DNA from: Auanema rhodensis
Taxonomy: Eukaryota > Animalia > Nematoda
Assembly (NCBI GenBank): GCA_964057225.1
Contig: OZ059894.1
Location: forward strand, 11,780,001-11,844,000
Length of the DNA: 64,000 nucleotides
Direction: 5' to 3'
The notes below the pieces were generated by a model, which ran no database searches, had not been told where the DNA came from, and worked only from the letters and a program-made list of their open reading frames with translations. The translations under genes were made by a program, and so were the position numbers. Numbering within the stretch: position 1 is the stretch's first letter; each line of letters begins with the position of its first letter. Shown piece after piece: positions 59,518-64,000 of this stretch.

Positions 59518-60697
59518 ACAGTAAAAAGTCCAATCAAGAGAGAAATTTTTTCAACACATAGTTGTTTTTTTTTTAAATATCATTGTTTTTCCTCATAACT
59601 CGGTTTAAACTCGTTCTAACCCGTTGAAATACGTCTAGAAAGTCTTTATAACATGCATATGTATGATAGAACTTCATATTTATTGTAATAGAAAATTTTA
59701 TTTTCAGACGTCTTGGTTAACAATGATATGTTTTACCCCCTTATAATTTTTATCATAATGTTCCTTATACGGAACGCTCAATGAAACTTGCTTCCAGAAA
59801 AATTTCTTTCTATTTTTTCTTCATATGTACGTAGATACTATAGAGAACTATGATAGAAAACTTTAACATTCACGAAATCATCATTTCTCATTACGCTACG
59901 GAGGTTTAAAAAGCTGTGTTTTACCTTATAATAGACCGGAAAACCCTTGTGTTAAAACTGGACCGTTTTTACACATATAAAAATGTCCCGTATTCGGGAC
60001 CCTAATGTAACTTTTGATTCCCTATATTTTTTTTCATGAAATTTACAATCTACTGTAGAAAGAAGAATTATTTTTATAAAAACTGTAAATTTTTGAAAAA
60101 TGAAAACAAAACGAAAACAAAAACAACTTTTTTTTGAACATTTTCTCACACAAGGGTCCCCCCTTACCTACTTTTTTTCTCATTACTCGTTTCAACCTCA
60201 TCCGATCACTCTGCAAACATGTTTAATCGTTCTAACTTGTTGAAATACGTCTTAAAAGTCTAAACAACATGCATATGCATAATAGAAACCACCCGAATAG
60301 GCCCCCACGCACTAAACGAGATATATACATTACCAGTATAGTAATAGAACACATATTGAAGATTAATTCGATAAGAACAATTTATTGACGTAGAGAATGT
60401 TTGTTCCGAAAAACTACAATATTAAACTATAAAAGTAACAAAAGCGTAGAGGCAGCAAAGACATGAATAAACATAAATGTAAATACAGAATTACCAGGTA
60501 GTACATAAGTATGACAAAAAATTATAAGAAAGCCATGAAAATAGAAGGTTTGTGAACAAATGAGAGGTACATCTTTGATCGTATAGTCATTTCTAAACCG
60601 TTCGTATGCTGCAGCATCGTCATAAGCGTCACTCAAGTTGAATTTCCATGTGTACTACACGATTTTCATTCTTATTGTTACATTCTTTCCCTGAGGG

Positions 60698-60883
60698 AAT
60701 GGGCCGTTCCCGCCAGCAGTGCAAGAGCGGGTCGACCCGTGAGGTGGAGCTAGCAAGCCAGCATCTACCTCAAGTCTCAAAAATCGGTTAACCTTATTGT
60801 GAACCAATGGAACACATATCGAAGGTTAATTCGATAAGAACGATTACTACACTTTGATCTTAGCCAAAAGGCCGAGAAGCGAT
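60698..60883 (-). ncRNA. U2: U2 snRNA
   Basis: Copy of 2213-2398. Confidence 0.96.
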
Positions 60884-61325
60884 ACAGCATAGCCATGAGT
60901 ATCAAAGACATCAAGCAAATGTATCGTACTTGTTACGAGTGCACTCTCTCATTTGAATATAAAAGTGTGGTTTGACAATCTTGACTGTACAGGTCATAAA
61001 TGGCTCATATAAACTGTGGATTTACTCAACTTTTGGACTTATTTTTTTCTTATTCGAAGCGCTGCACTTTTTTCTATTCTTTTTATTCAAATACTTGTAT
61101 ATAGTTTTATATGTACGGTTGCAAAGTTTCCGAATATTTTATATATTTTTATACAATAATTAGGAGAAGGTTAATACAATGAAATCTCCCAACTTTACAG
61201 TGTTTGTATTGCTTACAGTATCTAGAACAACCACTCTTGTAATATTAGAGCACATATCAATCAACAACTTTTTCTAGTTATCAAAGCTTTTTTATTTCTT
61301 CAAGATATTTCAAATAAAATATAAA

Positions 61326-61444
61326 AGCTTACGACACCCGGGATTCCCAAGCCGTCTCCGATCCAAGTACTAACCGGGCCCAACGTTGCTTGACTTGCCA
61401 GATCGGACGGGATGGCGTACTTTCAACGTGGTATGGTCGTAAGC
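61326..61444 (-). rRNA. 5S: 5S rRNA
   Basis: Copy of 364-482. Confidence 0.97.
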
Positions 61445-61685
61445 AATGTTATATTCTTCATTATCAGTTATATCACTCTAAATCTTGTTGTTAATAGTTA
61501 GGACCACAAAGAAAACAACAGGAACAGTAACAAATGAAATGCCCAAACTTTACAGTGTTCGAGTTATTTACAGTATCTAAGACTACCTCTGTCGTGTTAT
61601 TAGAGCAAACATTCGATTAACAACAACTTTTTTTTAGTTATCAAAGCTTTTTTATTTCTTCAAAAAATTTCAAATAAAATATAAA

Positions 61686-61804
61686 AGCTTACGACACCCG
61701 GGATTCCCAAGCCGTCTCCGATCCAAGTACTAACCGGGCCCAACGTTGCTTGACTTGCCAGATCGGACGGGATGGCGTACTTTCAACGTGGTATGGTCGT
61801 AAGC
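61686..61804 (-). rRNA. 5S: 5S rRNA
   Basis: Copy of 364-482. Confidence 0.97.
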
Positions 61805-61946
61805 AATGTCATATTCTTCATTATCAGTTATATCACTCTAAATCTTGTTGTTAATAGATACGACCACAAAGAAAACAACAGGAACAGTAACAATAACAAA
61901 AAAAATTTTTTTTTCACCTATGTGTCTAAAGGTTAGCCATGTATCC

Positions 61947-61996
<50 letters not shown>

Positions 61997-63176
61997 ACAG
62001 TAAAAAGTCCAATCAAGAGAGAAATTTTTTCAACACATAGTTGTTTTTTTTTTAAATATCATTGTTTTTCCTCATAACTCGGTTTAAACTCGTTCTAACC
62101 CGTTGAAATACGTCTAGAAAGTCTTTATAACATGCATATGTATGATAGAACTTCATATTTATTGTAATAGAAAATTTTATTTTCAGACGTCTTGGTTAAC
62201 AATGATATGTTTTACCCCCTTATAATTTTTATCATAATGTTCCTTATACGGAACGCTCAATGAAACTTGCTTCCAGAAAAATTTCTTTCTATTTTTTCTT
62301 CATATGTACGTAGATACTATAGAGAACTATGATAGAAAACTTTAACATTCACGAAATCATCATTTCTCATTACGCTACGGAGGTTTAAAAAGCTGTGTTT
62401 TACCTTATAATAGACCGGAAAACCCTTGTGTTAAAACTGGACCGTTTTTACACATATAAAAATGTCCCGTATTCGGGACCCTAATGTAACTTTTGATTCC
62501 CTATATTTTTTTTCATGAAATTTACAATCTACTGTAGAAAGAAGAATTATTTTTATAAAAACTGTAAATTTTTGAAAAATGAAAACAAAACGAAAACAAA
62601 AACAACTTTTTTTTGAACATTTTCTCACACAAGGGTCCCCCCTTACCTACTTTTTTTCTCATTACTCGTTTCAACCTCATCCGATCACTCTGCAAACATG
62701 TTTAATCGTTCTAACTTGTTGAAATACGTCTTAAAAGTCTAAACAACATGCATATGCATAATAGAAACCACCCGAATAGGCCCCCACGCACTAAACGAGA
62801 TATATACATTACCAGTATAGTAATAGAACACATATTGAAGATTAATTCGATAAGAACAATTTATTGACGTAGAGAATGTTTGTTCCGAAAAACTACAATA
62901 TTAAACTATAAAAGTAACAAAAGCGTAGAGGCAGCAAAGACATGAATAAACATAAATGTAAATACAGAATTACCAGGTAGTACATAAGTATGACAAAAAA
63001 TTATAAGAAAGCCATGAAAATAGAAGGTTTGTGAACAAATGAGAGGTACATCTTTGATCGTATAGTCATTTCTAAACCGTTCGTATGCTGCAGCATCGTC
63101 ATAAGCGTCACTCAAGTTGAATTTCCATGTGTACTACACGATTTTCATTCTTATTGTTACATTCTTTCCCTGAGGG

Positions 63177-63362
63177 AATGGGCCGTTCCCGCCAGCAGTG
63201 CAAGAGCGGGTCGACCCGTGAGGTGGAGCTAGCAAGCCAGCATCTACCTCAAGTCTCAAAAATCGGTTAACCTTATTGTGAACCAATGGAACACATATCG
63301 AAGGTTAATTCGATAAGAACGATTACTACACTTTGATCTTAGCCAAAAGGCCGAGAAGCGAT
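63177..63362 (-). ncRNA. U2: U2 snRNA
   Basis: Copy of 2213-2398. Confidence 0.96.
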
Positions 63363-63804
63363 ACAGCATAGCCATGAGTATCAAAGACATCAAGCAAATG
63401 TATCGTACTTGTTACGAGTGCACTCTCTCATTTGAATATAAAAGTGTGGTTTGACAATCTTGACTGTACAGGTCATAAATGGCTCATATAAACTGTGGAT
63501 TTACTCAACTTTTGGACTTATTTTTTTCTTATTCGAAGCGCTGCACTTTTTTCTATTCTTTTTATTCAAATACTTGTATATAGTTTTATATGTACGGTTG
63601 CAAAGTTTCCGAATATTTTATATATTTTTATACAATAATTAGGAGAAGGTTAATACAATGAAATCTCCCAACTTTACAGTGTTTGTATTGCTTACAGTAT
63701 CTAGAACAACCACTCTTGTAATATTAGAGCACATATCAATCAACAACTTTTTCTAGTTATCAAAGCTTTTTTATTTCTTCAAGATATTTCAAATAAAATA
63801 TAAA

Positions 63805-63923
63805 AGCTTACGACACCCGGGATTCCCAAGCCGTCTCCGATCCAAGTACTAACCGGGCCCAACGTTGCTTGACTTGCCAGATCGGACGGGATGGCGTACT
63901 TTCAACGTGGTATGGTCGTAAGC
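63805..63923 (-). rRNA. 5S: 5S rRNA
   Basis: Copy of 364-482. Confidence 0.97.
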
Positions 63924-64000
63924 AATGTTATATTCTTCATTATCAGTTATATCACTCTAAATCTTGTTGTTAATAGTTAGGACCACAAAGAAAACAACAG

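Larger units (their letters stand above)
1..64000 (-). repeat. Tandem array of ~2.48 kb units (5S-5S-U2 snRNA-spacer-(TA)n), ~23 units, runs off both window ends
   Basis: Near-identical sequence recurs with a period of about 2472-2499 bp (ORF-track anchors 10, 2487, 4968, 7455...). Period variation is explained by (TA)n length, four insertions and a few indels. Confidence 0.99.

Noticed and set aside
1-64000. CRISPR array, or a wholly artefactual repeat expansion
   Set aside because: No short repeat with unique spacers and no cas genes. Units carry distinct SNPs, indels, TA lengths and insertions, consistent with a real array, though exact copy number needs read support.

Overview
Eukaryotic, probably nematode (C. 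elegans-like 5S and U2 sequences, AT-rich spacer). The whole window is a highly homogeneous tandem array of a ~2.48 kb unit. Read in transcription order, all on the minus strand, the unit is 5S rRNA, 5S rRNA (360 bp sub-repeat), U2 snRNA, spacer, (TA)n. I count 44 5S genes (43 intact, one with a 19 bp deletion) and 22 U2 loci (17 intact, one with a 40 bp deletion, 4 interrupted). All four interrupted U2 genes carry, sense to U2 and at the same site (just before U2 nt 38), a single-ORF non-LTR retrotransposon with zinc fingers, RT, zinc knuckle and a restriction-like endonuclease, best matching the U2-targeting Utopia group. Two copies are full length with intact 1092 aa ORFs, one is a 1.75 kb 5'-truncation and one is a 0.2 kb 5'-truncation. 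The most interesting signals are at the junctions. (1) Both full-length copies start with U2 nt 1/2-96, ending exactly at U2 stem IIc and just before the Sm site. (2) One of them is joined to a ~1.1 kb upstream deletion that breaks at the U2 start site, which suggests the U2 5' domain is part of the element RNA. (3) The truncated copies have 73 and 84 bp target duplications. (4) Every array unit carries a decayed U2 nt 39-78 fragment preceded by AATAAA, which looks like a fossil insertion junction fixed across the array. The short repeated ORFs in the ORF track are judged spurious. All comparisons were made by eye; no database search was run.
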